From: Gemmatales bacterium | GTDB lineage: Bacteria > Planctomycetota > Planctomycetia > Gemmatales > HRBIN36 | Reading direction: 5' to 3' | NCBI GenBank assembly: GCA_041640595.1 | Contig: JBEPZY010000001.1 | Coordinates: 384,001-448,000, forward strand | DNA length: 64,000 nucleotides | Shown: positions 19,486-30,557 of the stretch, piece after piece | Position numbering within the stretch: the first letter of the stretch is position 1 | Layout: every line of letters begins with the position of its first letter | Notes under the pieces: generated by a model | What the model was told of the DNA's origin: nothing | Database searches by the model: none | What the model saw: only the letters and a program-made list of their open reading frames with translations | Made by a program: the position numbers and the translations under genes

Positions 19486-20805
19486 CTAAGCAGTTTTCCG
19501 CTGCGCCACAAGGGTTTTGTCGAATAAAGGTTCTTCGCCGCGCACGACTTTGTCTGTTACCACAAAGCGCCCTTTATGCTCTAACTCGGGAAGATAAAAC
19601 ATGATGTCCATCATCAGCTCATCAACGATGGCACGAAGGCCACGGGCACCTGTATCCTTTTCTTTCGCTTTGCGAGCGATTTCGTGCAAAGCTGCTTCGG
19701 TGAACACCAGCTCCGCACCTTCCATTTCGAAGAACTTCTGGTACTGACGAACAAGCGCGTTCTTCGGCTCAGTCAAGATGCGAACCAGGGCATTATGATC
19801 GAGTGGCTCGAGGGGGGCGATAATAGGTAGGCGGCCAACGAATTCGGGGATCATGCCGAATTCTATTAGATCATCGCTGGTAACTTTGGACAGCAATTCT
19901 CCAAGGCTATGTTCGCGGGCAAGGGGATCGGAACCAAACCCAATAGTTTTCTTGCCAATACGGCGAGCAATGATGTTTTCCAAACCAACAAACGTGCCGC
20001 CGCAAATAAAGAGAATGTGTGTGGTGTCCACCTGGATGTACTGCTGTTCTGGGTGTTTGCGACCGCCTTGCGGGGGAACATTGCTAATGGTACCTTCCAG
20101 CATCTTCAAGAGCGCTTGCTGAACGCCTTCGCCACTCACGTCTCGGGTAATGCTGACATTGTGGTGGGTTTTGGCGATTTTATCAATTTCGTCAATGTAA
20201 ACGATACCACGCTGGGCAGCCTCAATGTCAAAGTCGGCAGCATGCAGCAATTTCAAAAGCAGATTTTCCACATCCTCACCAACATAACCTGCCTCGGTTA
20301 ACGTAGTGGCGTCGCCAATGGCGAAGGGAACATCGAGAATCCTGGCAAGAGTGCGAGCAAGTAACGTTTTTCCACTACCGGTCGGGCCGATCAACAGAAT
20401 GTTGCTTTTGTCTAGCTCTACGTCGCTACGTCCGCCAGACTCGTACAGGTTGATGCGCTTGTAATGATTATGCACGGCCACAGAAAGAACTTTCTTGGCG
20501 TACTCTTGCCCGATGACATATTCGTCGAGTTTTTGTTTAATTTGGCGCGGGGTGGGAATGTTGCGGAACAGGCCCCGAGTTTGACCACGTCGGCGTTTTT
20601 CCTGCTCGATAATGGACTGGCACAATTCGACGCACTCTCCGCAAATGAAGACATCGCCCGGACCCTCTACGAGTGGCCCAACGTCGCGGTAGCTTTTTCT
20701 GCAAAAAGAGCAAAACGCGTTCCGGTTGCGGCTGGAACCCGAGTTGCGGCGTCCACCATTGCCTGCGTCACGACCGGACATGAAATCTCCTTCGTCTTTC
20801 ATCAT
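19486..20805 (-). CDS. clpX: ATP-dependent Clp protease ATP-binding subunit ClpX
   Basis: CSFC/CGEC zinc finger, [27 protein letters not shown] loop; start may be 20781. Confidence 0.98.
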   Translation of the reverse strand: MMKDEGDFMSGRDAGNGGRRNSGSSRNRNAFCSFCRKSYRDVGPLVEGPGDVFICGECVELCQSIIEQEKRRRGQTRGLFRNIPTPRQIKQKLDEYVIGQEYAKKVLSVAVHNHYKRINLYESGGRSDVELDKSNILLIGPTGSGKTLLARTLARILDVPFAIGDATTLTEAGYVGEDVENLLLKLLHAADFDIEAAQRGIVYIDEIDKIAKTHHNVSITRDVSGEGVQQALLKMLEGTISNVPPQGGRKHPEQQYIQVDTTHILFICGGTFVGLENIIARRIGKKTIGFGSDPLAREHSLGELLSKVTSDDLIEFGMIPEFVGRLPIIAPLEPLDHNALVRILTEPKNALVRQYQKFFEMEGAELVFTEAALHEIARKAKEKDTGARGLRAIVDELMMDIMFYLPELEHKGRFVVTDKVVRGEEPLFDKTLVAQRKTA

Positions 20806-20954
20806 GGCTGGCCTGGTTTGCTTTGTTGGTAGCTCTGTGGTAGGGGGTGGCGTAATTCTGCCGGCTGATACTAGCTAAGACGGGATAGTGAAATCACTCG
20901 ATTTTACCGCCAGAACTTCCTGTAATCAAGCAAATAGCCGTTCCCAGCCGACTT

Positions 20955-21467
20955 TTATTTGGGCGGCGAATCGCTATCGTTCTTTTGTTCCTTGTCCTGG
21001 GGTTGACCAGTATTTTCGGACGGTACGGACTCGGTGTAAGTTTCCGATTCGAGAATGGGTAACTCTTCCGGCGAAGGTTCGGTCTGGGCGGGTAATCCCT
21101 GTGTGGGTATTGCTTCTCCTGCAAGCCGTCCAACCAGCAAACGGCGAACCCTTGCGAATTCTTCGGGGCTCATCTCGCCGCGTCGCAATGCTTCCTGAAA
21201 TTCCTCAAGCAGTTCACGGTCGGCCTCTTTGCGTTGCTGGCTTCGGAGATATATTGCACGTGCTGCCGACAAGACCACCACGGCCAGACAAATCGCTGCT
21301 AACAGGAGTATCCAGAGCCAAAATAGTTCCTGCACTGCCTGGCCTTGTTCCGATGCTAAGCCGACCAGGCTTGATATTGCCCAGCTGTGCACCAACCCGG
21401 ATTTTTGCATCATGGCTACAATTCGATTATACAGCAAAGCCGGGCCAGTTGCTACCAGCCAGGTCAT
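20955..21467 (-). CDS. Small membrane protein with SHOCT-like helix pair and acidic tail
   Basis: One TM (LFWLWILLLAAICLAVVVL) then EALRRGEMSPEEFARVRRLL; ATGA overlap with the scpA stop; alternative start 21413. Confidence 0.65.
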   Translation of the reverse strand: MTWLVATGPALLYNRIVAMMQKSGLVHSWAISSLVGLASEQGQAVQELFWLWILLLAAICLAVVVLSAARAIYLRSQQRKEADRELLEEFQEALRRGEMSPEEFARVRRLLVGRLAGEAIPTQGLPAQTEPSPEELPILESETYTESVPSENTGQPQDKEQKNDSDSPPK

Positions 21468-22216
21468 GCCGATACCGCAGTTGATTCGGCCGGTGCAACA
21501 CGGCTGATCCAAATGTCGCCGAACAGAGTTTCCTGTTCGACCGTGACCTGACGGGTCCGAATCAATTCGAGCAAGCCGAGGAAAAAGCCTACCAACCGGC
21601 CCCGGGTATGCGGTGGTTCGAAAATCTCGCGAAACGGCAGACGCGATGTGGTGGCCAGCCGTTGCAGAATTCGGGAGATGAACACCTGGGTGGGGGTTTC
21701 ATCAAAAACGATTCGGTGCGGTTGCACAGCAAGGGTCTCGCGCATCAGCCGGCAGAACGCACTGACCAGGTCCCAGATTTCCACTGCACGGATCGGCTCA
21801 CCGCTGGGATCACGATCCTGGTTTGGTTTTTCATGCACTCGCCTGGCAAACCGCGCAGCCTGCTGATGCACCTGCTGCTCAATCCGTTGAGCTGCCTCTT
21901 TGAATTTTCGGTATTCAATCAGTTGGCGTACCAAATCGAGGCGTGGGTCAACGTCTTGCTCATCGTTCTCTTCGTCGCGGGGCAAGAGCATACGGCTCTT
22001 GATTTCCATCAGTGTGCTGGCCAGGACGACAAATTCGCCTACACGCTCCGGGTCAAGCATGCGTAACATCTCGAGGTACTGCAGATACTGGTCGGTGATA
22101 CGCGCGATGGGAATGTCGAAGATATCCACCTCTTCTCGCTCGACCAGATAAAGTAACAGGTCGAGCGGGCCGCGAAAGATGTCCAGTTCGACCAGATAAT
22201 CATGCGTGGGAACCAT
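21464..22216 (-). CDS. scpA: Segregation and condensation protein A
   Basis: FRGPLDLLLYLV, DIPIARITDQYL, IKSRMLLP, FLGLLEL...EQETLFGDIWI; start set at MVPTH. Confidence 0.95.
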   Translation of the reverse strand: MVPTHDYLVELDIFRGPLDLLLYLVEREEVDIFDIPIARITDQYLQYLEMLRMLDPERVGEFVVLASTLMEIKSRMLLPRDEENDEQDVDPRLDLVRQLIEYRKFKEAAQRIEQQVHQQAARFARRVHEKPNQDRDPSGEPIRAVEIWDLVSAFCRLMRETLAVQPHRIVFDETPTQVFISRILQRLATTSRLPFREIFEPPHTRGRLVGFFLGLLELIRTRQVTVEQETLFGDIWISRVAPAESTAVSA

Positions 22217-22217
22217 T

Positions 22218-23093
22218 TCAGCTGGCAAGCAGCACCTTGCGGACGGTGGCACCGATCTCGGCCGGGCTGTCGGCAACGGTGACACCGGCGGCCTTTAAAG
22301 CAGCAATCTTACTGGCAGCAGTTCCTGCACCTCCGGATATAATCGCTCCAGCGTGTCCCATCCGTTTACCAGGTGGCGCCGTGCGGCCAGCAATGAATGC
22401 CACCACTGGTTTGGTTATGTACTGGCGAATGAAAGCAGATGCTTCCTCTTCCTGATTGCCGCCAATTTCTCCGATAAGCACGATGGCCTCGGTCTGGGGG
22501 TCGTTCTCAAACATACGCAGCGCGTCAATAAAACTGGTACCGTTGACCGGATCCCCTCCCAGGCCGACACAGGTAGATTGTCCTAGCCCCAGTTGCGTAA
22601 GCTGCCAGACGGCTTCGTAAGTAAGAGTACCACTGCGACTCACGATCCCAACATTACCGGGCCGGTGAATGTAACCAGGCATAATGCCGACCTTACATTG
22701 GCCCGGCGTTATGACGCCAGGGCAATTGGGCCCAATGAGGCGACATTGTGGCTTATGTCGGAGTTGCTCCATCACCCTAACCATATCGAGCACGGGAATT
22801 CCCTCGGTGATCGCAATGATCAAACGAATGCCAGCATCGGCGGCTTCCAGGATCGCGTCAGCCGCTGCTGGTGGCGGTACGAAAACCATGCTGGTATCGG
22901 CTCCGGTTTTTCGCACAGCTTCGTGAACCGTGTTGAATAACGGAAAACCATCTTTGCTGGTTCCGCCTTTGCCGGGTGTAACGCCGCCCACGATTTGTGT
23001 CCCGTACTCCCGACATTGCTGAGAATGAAATAATCCGGCTTTCCCCATGCCCTGCGTAATTACTCGCGTATGTTTATCCACCAGGATGCTCAT
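22218..23093 (-). CDS. sucD: Succinyl-CoA ligase subunit alpha
   Basis: [22 protein letters not shown]. Confidence 0.98.
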   Translation of the reverse strand: MSILVDKHTRVITQGMGKAGLFHSQQCREYGTQIVGGVTPGKGGTSKDGFPLFNTVHEAVRKTGADTSMVFVPPPAAADAILEAADAGIRLIIAITEGIPVLDMVRVMEQLRHKPQCRLIGPNCPGVITPGQCKVGIMPGYIHRPGNVGIVSRSGTLTYEAVWQLTQLGLGQSTCVGLGGDPVNGTSFIDALRMFENDPQTEAIVLIGEIGGNQEEEASAFIRQYITKPVVAFIAGRTAPPGKRMGHAGAIISGGAGTAASKIAALKAAGVTVADSPAEIGATVRKVLLAS

Positions 23094-23203
23094 TGCTTGC
23101 CTCGCTTCGGATCAATTGACCGCACAAAGCAGCGGATCTTCGGGTTGAAAGAGTCTGAGGGTCGGGTTAGCTATGCATTTGACGATTCGGGGTTACATTG
23201 CGC

Positions 23204-24403
23204 CTAGGAAGAAGCGGTGTTTGCGGCAGCGACGGCTTTTTTCGCAGCCTCGCTGAGAGTTTCGGCAGTGATAATGTTCAGACCACTTTCTTTCAGGAGT
23301 TGCCGGGCCAGTTCGACGTTGGTTCCTTCCAGCCGCACAATGAGCGGTACGCGGAAACCTACTTCCCGAGCGGCGGCGATGATGGCTGCCGCTATGGTGT
23401 CGCACTTCATGATCCCGCCAAAGATGTTGACCAGTACGGCGCGGACATTCGGGTCGCTGAGCAAGATGCGAAAAGCCTCGGTGACTTGTTCCTGGCTAGC
23501 TCCGCCGCCAACGTCCAGAAAGTTAGCAGGTTCGCCGCCGTGGAGTTTGATGATGTCCATGGTGGCCATGGCCAGACCAGCACCGTTGACCAGACAGCCA
23601 ATATTACCATTCATGCTGACGTAACTAAGCCCCGCCTGCTTGGCTCGCCATTCCCGCGGGTCTTCTTCGTCCAGGTCACGGAGCCGCTCAATTTCGGGAT
23701 GGCGGAACAAAGCGTTGTCGTCAAAGTTGATTTTGGCGTCCACAACAAGAACGCGACCGTCGTCTGTTACGGCCACCGGGTTAATTTCGGCAAGACTGCA
23801 GTCTTTTTCGATGAAGACTTTAGCCAGTGCGGAGACCAGCCTTTCCGCTGCTGGCACCTGATCGTTCTGGAAACCGAGTTCGTATGCGAGGCGACGAGCC
23901 TGGAACGGTGCTAGTCCGCGGTCAGGAGAAAAGGGCACGCGCAAAATACTTTCCGGATTCCGGGCCGCTATTTCTTCAATGTCCACTCCACCTTCAGCAC
24001 AGGCCATCAAAACCGGACATCCGCGACCGCGATCCACCACGGCACCAAGATAAACTTCCCGACGAATCTCGACAGCCTCCTGTACCAGGACTTTGCGAAC
24101 GCGCTGACCAGAGGGTCCCGTCTGGCGCGTTACCAGTGGAAAGCGGAGCATTGTTTCGACAACATCCCGGCATTCGTCAACGTTATGCACAATTTGCACA
24201 CCCCCGTAGGGCCTATCGCTACCAGCAAACCGGCCTTTTCCGCGACCGCCAGCGTGTATCTGCGCCTTGATGACCGCCCGTTGTCCGCCGAGACGCGCGA
24301 ATGCTTCCAGGGCACTCTCGACACTCTCCGCGACGAATCCGGGTACCACCGGAGCACCCGCTTGAGCAAGCAGCTCTTTCGCCTGGTATTCGTGAATTTT
24401 CAT
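23204..24403 (-). CDS. sucC: Succinyl-CoA ligase subunit beta
   Basis: MKIHEYQAK, GGRGKG, NGAGLAMATMD, NFLDVGGGA. Confidence 0.98.
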   Translation of the reverse strand: MKIHEYQAKELLAQAGAPVVPGFVAESVESALEAFARLGGQRAVIKAQIHAGGRGKGRFAGSDRPYGGVQIVHNVDECRDVVETMLRFPLVTRQTGPSGQRVRKVLVQEAVEIRREVYLGAVVDRGRGCPVLMACAEGGVDIEEIAARNPESILRVPFSPDRGLAPFQARRLAYELGFQNDQVPAAERLVSALAKVFIEKDCSLAEINPVAVTDDGRVLVVDAKINFDDNALFRHPEIERLRDLDEEDPREWRAKQAGLSYVSMNGNIGCLVNGAGLAMATMDIIKLHGGEPANFLDVGGGASQEQVTEAFRILLSDPNVRAVLVNIFGGIMKCDTIAAAIIAAAREVGFRVPLIVRLEGTNVELARQLLKESGLNIITAETLSEAAKKAVAAANTASS

Positions 24404-24818
24404 GCCATTTCCTTTGTGGTGTGTGCCAGACAGCAAAGCCTAATTCGATTGTGTCGAGCGCAATGGTATTTCCTTCCGGCCGGGTCAGATGATAGTTCGG
24501 AGGCGACCATGCCGGCCAGCATGAGGTTCGCGCCTTTGCGAAAAGTGTATTGCCAAAGCCGCCCTCTTGGTAGTTCCTATTCGGTTGCTCACCATGACGA
24601 AGTTGTCTTTCTTGTGGGCGACCGTGTCGTCCCGAAACAATGGGTCGGTCTATCCAGGATTTCGCTCAACCTGGGCAAGAAGGAGAGCCGGACAGGATCG
24701 TTGCGTGAAGCTGGGTTTGCCCAAGCGTTTGGCTCCGCATGACTTTGAACCGACGGTGCGGCTTGCCGTCTTATCCAGGGCAGCGTAGGTTTTCTTAGGA
24801 ATTCTCACGTGGGAGATA

Positions 24819-27677
24819 ATGAGCATGGCTGCGCAGGTACACGTCTGTCCACAGTGCCAACGACCCAACCCATCTGAGGCCACTTACTGTTACTATGACG
24901 GGGCAATTCTAATTTCGACCGCGGCAATGGGCTACGGCCCGGTGAACGTGGCCAGTTTACCTTTTCCTCGGCCGTTCGTTTTTCCGTCCGGTCGCATGTG
25001 TCGCACTTTCAATGAACTAGCGATGGCTATTGTTCAGGAGTGGCAGGCTGCCCGCGACTTACTGGTGGGTGGCTTTTTCGAGTCGTTTCTTGGCGGAATT
25101 GGCCGTGCCGATCTAGCACTGGCTGCACGCCAGGCTGCGCAATTCCCCGACGCCGACCGTGGACTGGACCAGCTGCTGGGGCGATTGCCTTCGGACTCGG
25201 AAGTGATCCGCCCCGCCAAGCTTGCTGCCGAGCCGTTACAGGTCAATCTCGGCACAATGCAAATCGGCCAGGACAATCGTTTCGAGTTGCACCTGGCCAA
25301 CCAGGGAATGCGCTTGCTCTATGGTACTGTCTCAGTAACGAACACCCCCTGGTTAGTGCTGGGTGAAGCCCCGGGCGTGCAAGAGAAAGCTTTCAAGTGC
25401 GAGCGAGAGCTGGTCATCCCGGTGCAGGTGGTGGGCCACAAGCTGCGGGCCAGTTTGAAACCGCTCGTCGGAAAAATCGTCATTGACTCCAACGGCGGCA
25501 AGGCAGAAGTAACCGTTACTGTTCAGGTGCCAGTCAAGCCTTTCCCCGAAGGTATCTTGCAGGGTGCACAAACACCACGCCAGTTGGCTGAACGAGCGTT
25601 CAAACAGCCAAAAGAAGCGGCCGTTTATTTCGAGACCGGAAAGGTAAAGGAGTGGTACGAAGCAAACGGTTGGACATACGGTGTGCAAGGGCCTCCGGCC
25701 AACGGACTGGCAGCAGTTCAGCAGTTCCTCGAGGCCTGCGGCTGGACTACTCCACCTCGCGTCGAATGCGAAACGCGGGAAGTGCAGCTGGAAGGACCAG
25801 TTAACGGCAAACTCGAGTTCAGCGTTCGTGTCAAGGGCTTGGATCCCAAGCCGGTCTTTGCCTGGGCAGTGAGTAACCAGCCCTGGTTGGTGCCCGGTAA
25901 AGCACATTGTGCTGGCCGAATAGCCACCGTACCGGTTACGATCCCACAAATTCTTGCGCCGAGCAATGGCGATCGGCTTCAAGCGGAACTCACGGTAACC
26001 AGTAACGGGCGGGCCAAATTTACTATTCCGGTTACCGTTCGAGTTTCAGGGTTCGTACCTCCGCCCCCGCCGCAAGCCGCAGCACCGTCGGCATCCGTTG
26101 CCGAAGCAACGCCCGGCATGCAAATTCCAGAGCCGGTCGCAGCTGCGGAATCAAGTTCAGCAGCGGAGAGTTCGCCGTTTGCCTTCGGCGAAGCGTCTTT
26201 GTCCGAATTGTCGGGTGCCCGAGGACGTTCTGCGAGCGAAGGCGTCTCTTTGCTCGACGAAGAGCAGGTTGCCTCTGTTCCAATTCGGCGACGCTCAGAT
26301 TACGGCTGGATCCATCTGTTGCCGTTGGCTTTGCTGCTTGTGATTCTGGCAAGTTTGGTGGTTGTGGACATTTTCCGGCGACCGGGAGCGATTCACGCAA
26401 CAGACAAACCGCCTCTCGAAGCCAACGTCGAGAAACAGGAGCTGCTGGATGATACGCCCTATCTCCGCATTAGGTTCAATTCCAATCAGGGGTACCGCCA
26501 GCGTTTTGGCATCGTCATCCCCGGTGGACAGGGTAACCCGGACAAAGCCCTGACTTTTATGGATCGCGATTTTAAAGGGCGATTGAGCAACCCGGGTAGA
26601 ACAAGCAACTTGTGCATCCGTTACGACGGCAAGGACTTTTTGTTTGGGCGGCGAGGGGACGGCCAGCCGAGCGTAATTCACGTGCGCGCTCACAGCGACC
26701 GTAAAGCCGAGGCTCAAGCAGACGGCTACATGCCGGTTGAACAGCCAGTCGCTGGTGAAAAGCATCATGTTTATCGCAGTGTCTTCATTTATAGCGACGA
26801 GAATCAGCGTGACCCTGAAGGCGATCCGGTCGGGATTCGTGTAACTCAAGAGGTGTCCTTGCGGCGCTCAGATGTGTCCCGGAAATACGAGGTCGTTCTG
26901 GTTCGTTTCGTTGTCGAAAATACCGGTTCCAAACCACATCGCGTCGGCTTACGGTACATGCTGGACACGTTTATCGGCAGCAACGATGGCGTGCCCTTCC
27001 TTGTTCCGGGTCAGGATCGCTTGATTCAGGACAAAGCGGAATTTCGAGGCCAGGATATTCCGCAGTTCATACAGGCTCTGGAAAAAGCTGACCTGCAAAA
27101 TCCCGGAACGGTTGCCCACCTGATGTTGCAGCTTCCGGGCTCGCGTTATGAGCCGCCAGAGCGAGTCGTAATCGCCGCCTGGCCGGATAGTAAATTGGGC
27201 GGACGATGCAGGGGGCATTCTACGGAATGGGAGCCCGATTTTCATCCCATCACCAAGACTTCGGATTCGGCTGTGTTTATTTACTGGGCAGAGAAGGAGT
27301 TGTCCCCCGGAGAAAAACGCGAGATGGGCTTTGCTTACGGGCTAGGACAACTTTCGCCGAGCCTCGCTGCTGGCGGCAAGACGCAGCTGGCCATGAGTGT
27401 CAGCGGTGCATTACGCAGAGGCAGCGATTTCACCGTAACCGCATACGTTGCCAACTCGGAGCGTGGTCAGCAAATTGAAATTCGCTTGCCGGAAGGATTC
27501 CGTCTGGTTCGGGGAGAGCCCAGGCGAAGTGTGCCAGCGGTGTCCGGTTCCTATGTTCCGATTAGTTGGCGCGTACGGGCGCCCGACCGACTGGGTGAGT
27601 TTGAAATCGCGGTGCAATTGGGCCAGCTTCAGCAAGTGCAAAAAATCCGAATTGCAGACAAGAGTTTCCTCGATTAG
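24819..27677 (+). CDS. Large single-pass membrane protein (zinc ribbon, two helical+Ig/BACON-like repeats, TM, beta-rich C-terminal region)
   Basis: CPQC..N...A.YCYYDG; repeated PWL..G and SNG beta-strands; Pro/Ala linker; TM WIHLLPLALLLVILASLVVV. Confidence 0.7.
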   Translation: MSMAAQVHVCPQCQRPNPSEATYCYYDGAILISTAAMGYGPVNVASLPFPRPFVFPSGRMCRTFNELAMAIVQEWQAARDLLVGGFFESFLGGIGRADLALAARQAAQFPDADRGLDQLLGRLPSDSEVIRPAKLAAEPLQVNLGTMQIGQDNRFELHLANQGMRLLYGTVSVTNTPWLVLGEAPGVQEKAFKCERELVIPVQVVGHKLRASLKPLVGKIVIDSNGGKAEVTVTVQVPVKPFPEGILQGAQTPRQLAERAFKQPKEAAVYFETGKVKEWYEANGWTYGVQGPPANGLAAVQQFLEACGWTTPPRVECETREVQLEGPVNGKLEFSVRVKGLDPKPVFAWAVSNQPWLVPGKAHCAGRIATVPVTIPQILAPSNGDRLQAELTVTSNGRAKFTIPVTVRVSGFVPPPPPQAAAPSASVAEATPGMQIPEPVAAAESSSAAESSPFAFGEASLSELSGARGRSASEGVSLLDEEQVASVPIRRRSDYGWIHLLPLALLLVILASLVVVDIFRRPGAIHATDKPPLEANVEKQELLDDTPYLRIRFNSNQGYRQRFGIVIPGGQGNPDKALTFMDRDFKGRLSNPGRTSNLCIRYDGKDFLFGRRGDGQPSVIHVRAHSDRKAEAQADGYMPVEQPVAGEKHHVYRSVFIYSDENQRDPEGDPVGIRVTQEVSLRRSDVSRKYEVVLVRFVVENTGSKPHRVGLRYMLDTFIGSNDGVPFLVPGQDRLIQDKAEFRGQDIPQFIQALEKADLQNPGTVAHLMLQLPGSRYEPPERVVIAAWPDSKLGGRCRGHSTEWEPDFHPITKTSDSAVFIYWAEKELSPGEKREMGFAYGLGQLSPSLAAGGKTQLAMSVSGALRRGSDFTVTAYVANSERGQQIEIRLPEGFRLVRGEPRRSVPAVSGSYVPISWRVRAPDRLGEFEIAVQLGQLQQVQKIRIADKSFLD

Positions 27678-27783
27678 GCGGTAATCAAGTGCGACCGTGC
27701 TCGCAATTGGCGAGGCCCATGCTGGTGCAACGGCATATTTCTGACTCCGAGGATAGTACCGGAGTCGGATTCCCTGACGCGGT

Positions 27784-28092
27784 TCAAACACGCTGGCGAG
27801 CGAGTTCGGCTTTAGCGCGTCGCAGCACCTCGTTCAGGTGCTCCAGCAAAAAATCACTGAGCAGCAAAGCCTCTTCTGCGTTTTCAAACAATTTATCCAG
27901 CGAGTTTTTGAGAGCCTGAACAGTAGGGAAGCGGCTCTTTTTGCGAGTGGGTCGGCTGACTTCGTGGAAATCCGCCAGGGTGGTAAACAGTCCCGCATGA
28001 AAATGTTCGCTTAACTCGCGGGCACATTTCTCAGACTGGGTCAATAATTCCTGCAAGGTCATGCGGTTAATCGGTTTCGGCGGTCGTTTCAT
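27784..28092 (-). CDS. Hypothetical helical protein
   Basis: 102 aa ORF with protein-like helical composition in otherwise unoccupied space. Confidence 0.7.
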   Translation of the reverse strand: MKRPPKPINRMTLQELLTQSEKCARELSEHFHAGLFTTLADFHEVSRPTRKKSRFPTVQALKNSLDKLFENAEEALLLSDFLLEHLNEVLRRAKAELARQRV

Positions 28093-28295
28093 GGCCAGCT
28101 CCGTGGAACTGGATAGTTTTCAAAACAATTCCGGTTCGCCAACCCTCCGCGCTGGTTGCAGGGCACCGCAGTCGTTTGTATTATACACTTATTCCGGCGA
28201 ATGGTGCAACGGGAACAGACAACCGAAGCCGGCATTGCTAGCCTCGGTCGCAAAATCCAGCAGCTAGGTGTTACGGAAATTTTTGGACAGCAGCT

Positions 28296-29084
28296 ATGCG
28301 TATTCTGATCCTGGCGGACATACATGGCAACTGGCCAGCACTGCGAACTATCCGTGAGCCTCATGATCTTTGTGTGTTCCTCGGCGACCTGGTGGATTAC
28401 GCTCTGAATCCTGGTCCGTGTGTGGATTGGGTTCGGCAATACTGTCAGATTGCAGTACGCGGTAACCATGACCACGCCGCTGCTCAGCGAGCGCAGACCA
28501 ACGGAAGGAGTGGTTTCAAATATCTCAGTGGTTTGACCCGCCAGATAACGTGGGAGAAGTTGAATCGTGAACAATTGCGGTTTTTAGGGACTTTACCGAC
28601 GATGCGCTGGGCGACGCTGGACCACCGGCGATTCTTGTTCGTACATGCTACGCCCACCGACCCGCTTGATGAGTACGTTTACGACGACCCAGAGGCCTGG
28701 GCACGCCGACTGGAACGAGTTGAGGCAGATGTGATTTGTGTCGGCCACACTCACATTCCTTTTGTCCTGCCTGTTGGTAACAAATTGGTAATCAACCCAG
28801 GAAGCGTCGGCCAACCGCGGGATGGCGATCCTCGCCTTTCTTACGCCATCTGGCAAGATGGCCGCGTCGAAATCAAACGCCTGGAATACCCGGTCGAGGA
28901 AGTGATCGCAGAGATTCAGGCAAGCTCGCTGCCCGATCTCGCCAAGCGACTCTCCATAGAGGCATTTCGTACCGGGGCCGGTGTCCTGAACGGGGTTGAT
29001 CAAAACGAACCGAAGATAAGCAGCAGTGAAACAAATAGCCCGGTCGCTGTTGTTGGGGCAGCTAATGACAGTGCTCGCGGATGA
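28296..29084 (+). CDS. Calcineurin-like metallophosphoesterase (YfcE/MJ0912-type)
   Basis: DIHGN, GDLVDY, GNHD, GHTH, NPGSVGQPRD. Confidence 0.93.
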   Translation: MRILILADIHGNWPALRTIREPHDLCVFLGDLVDYALNPGPCVDWVRQYCQIAVRGNHDHAAAQRAQTNGRSGFKYLSGLTRQITWEKLNREQLRFLGTLPTMRWATLDHRRFLFVHATPTDPLDEYVYDDPEAWARRLERVEADVICVGHTHIPFVLPVGNKLVINPGSVGQPRDGDPRLSYAIWQDGRVEIKRLEYPVEEVIAEIQASSLPDLAKRLSIEAFRTGAGVLNGVDQNEPKISSSETNSPVAVVGAANDSARG

Positions 29085-29233
29085 GCCGTGTTACAGCCGA
29101 CGACGCCGTAGTCCATACTTTACCGGGAGAGTCGTCCCTCGTACCGGGCAATTCGTGAACGCGAATATTTCAGTGGCGGATTCCTTGTGATTCAAGGTTG
29201 GCAACGAACAGCGGGTTGCAGTAGAACAGCCCG

Positions 29234-30280
29234 CTACTTTGGGGGCGACCGATGTGAACGGGCATCTTGGTTTCCGCTACGGGAGCGCAGCTTTTCCAAA
29301 AATCGCATCAAATCAGAGGGTAATTCCGACCGAAAGCTCAGCCAAACGTCGCGGGTGGGATGGGTGAAGCCCAGCTCAGCTGCGTGGAGTGCCAGGCGCG
29401 GTGCACCGCTGCGATCCGGGATGGGTTCTCCGAACAGCGGTTTGTTGTACACTGTCTCTCCGCAGAGTGGATGTCCAAGCTCGGCCAGGTGAATGCGAAT
29501 CTGGTGAGTGCGGCCCGTTTCCAGCCGACATTCGACCAGCGTGTAATCGCCTAAACACTCCAGCGGTTTCACATGCGTAATGGCAAGTTTTCCGACTCGC
29601 GGTAAGGTAGTACTCCCTCGGCGACCATCGCCCCGATCCCTGACCAGTCGGGAAACAATGGTGCGGGGTTGAACGAGACCGTGGGCAATGGCCAGGTAAA
29701 CACGGTGAATGCTGTGCTTGCGGAATTGCATACCGAGTTTTCGCTCAGCCTCAACAGTGCGGGCAAACACCATCAGTCCGGACGTATCGCGATCCAGCCG
29801 ATGCACCGGACGTACTGGCGGCAACGTGCCGCGAGTCCCTCGTCCTTCATGCTCGGCGAGAAGACGAGGCAATAACTCGGCCACAGTTGGTTCGTAAACC
29901 CGTTCCTCTTCAGGGTGGCGGACCGCATTGATACCTGGAGGTTTCTCGATAACAACGACCTGAGAATCCAGGTGTCGGATGACTATATTCGGCTTTGGTC
30001 GCTTTGCGCATACTGCTTTGGTTAATATTTTCACCACGTCGGTGGGTAGCAGTCGGCGTGCGGGATCGCGGCAAACTGCACCGTTGACAAGCACCCGCCC
30101 AGACTCGATGATTTGTTTGGCCTTCGACCAGCTAACTTGGGATTGCCAGACTCGCAAAGCCGCGGCCAGGGTTTTTCCGACCAGGTCCGAACGAACGTGA
30201 TAGACCGATTCGCCTTGTTTTTGCGCCTGCGGCTTGTTATCCGCAGGGAAAAACTCTCCTGTCATGGAGGGCATTCTCAT
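29234..30280 (-). CDS. RluA/RluD-family pseudouridine synthase with S4 domain
   Basis: HRLDRDTSG, GRTHQIRIH, LHAAELGF. Confidence 0.95.
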   Translation of the reverse strand: MRMPSMTGEFFPADNKPQAQKQGESVYHVRSDLVGKTLAAALRVWQSQVSWSKAKQIIESGRVLVNGAVCRDPARRLLPTDVVKILTKAVCAKRPKPNIVIRHLDSQVVVIEKPPGINAVRHPEEERVYEPTVAELLPRLLAEHEGRGTRGTLPPVRPVHRLDRDTSGLMVFARTVEAERKLGMQFRKHSIHRVYLAIAHGLVQPRTIVSRLVRDRGDGRRGSTTLPRVGKLAITHVKPLECLGDYTLVECRLETGRTHQIRIHLAELGHPLCGETVYNKPLFGEPIPDRSGAPRLALHAAELGFTHPTRDVWLSFRSELPSDLMRFLEKLRSRSGNQDARSHRSPPK

Positions 30281-30557
30281 CCGGTTGTAAAGGCCCCTTT
30301 GCCGGAACCGAAATGCTCCGCTCGATTACGCAATAGTGCAGGAGCTAGCTGGCCAATGTAGTGGCAATTGTTCTGGATCACCTGCCTGGCCAAAGACTGA
30401 ACTAAGCTCCCAATTCGCCAGGGCATTATACGCACCGGCGGAATGGACAGCCTGCGGAAGTGAGGAACCAGAACGAGTATCCGTAGCCGGAACCATTCCA
30501 GTTTCTGTTGCAAGTAGCTGAGCCGACTTTCAGACTGGTAAGCTGATGTGCCCGCTG

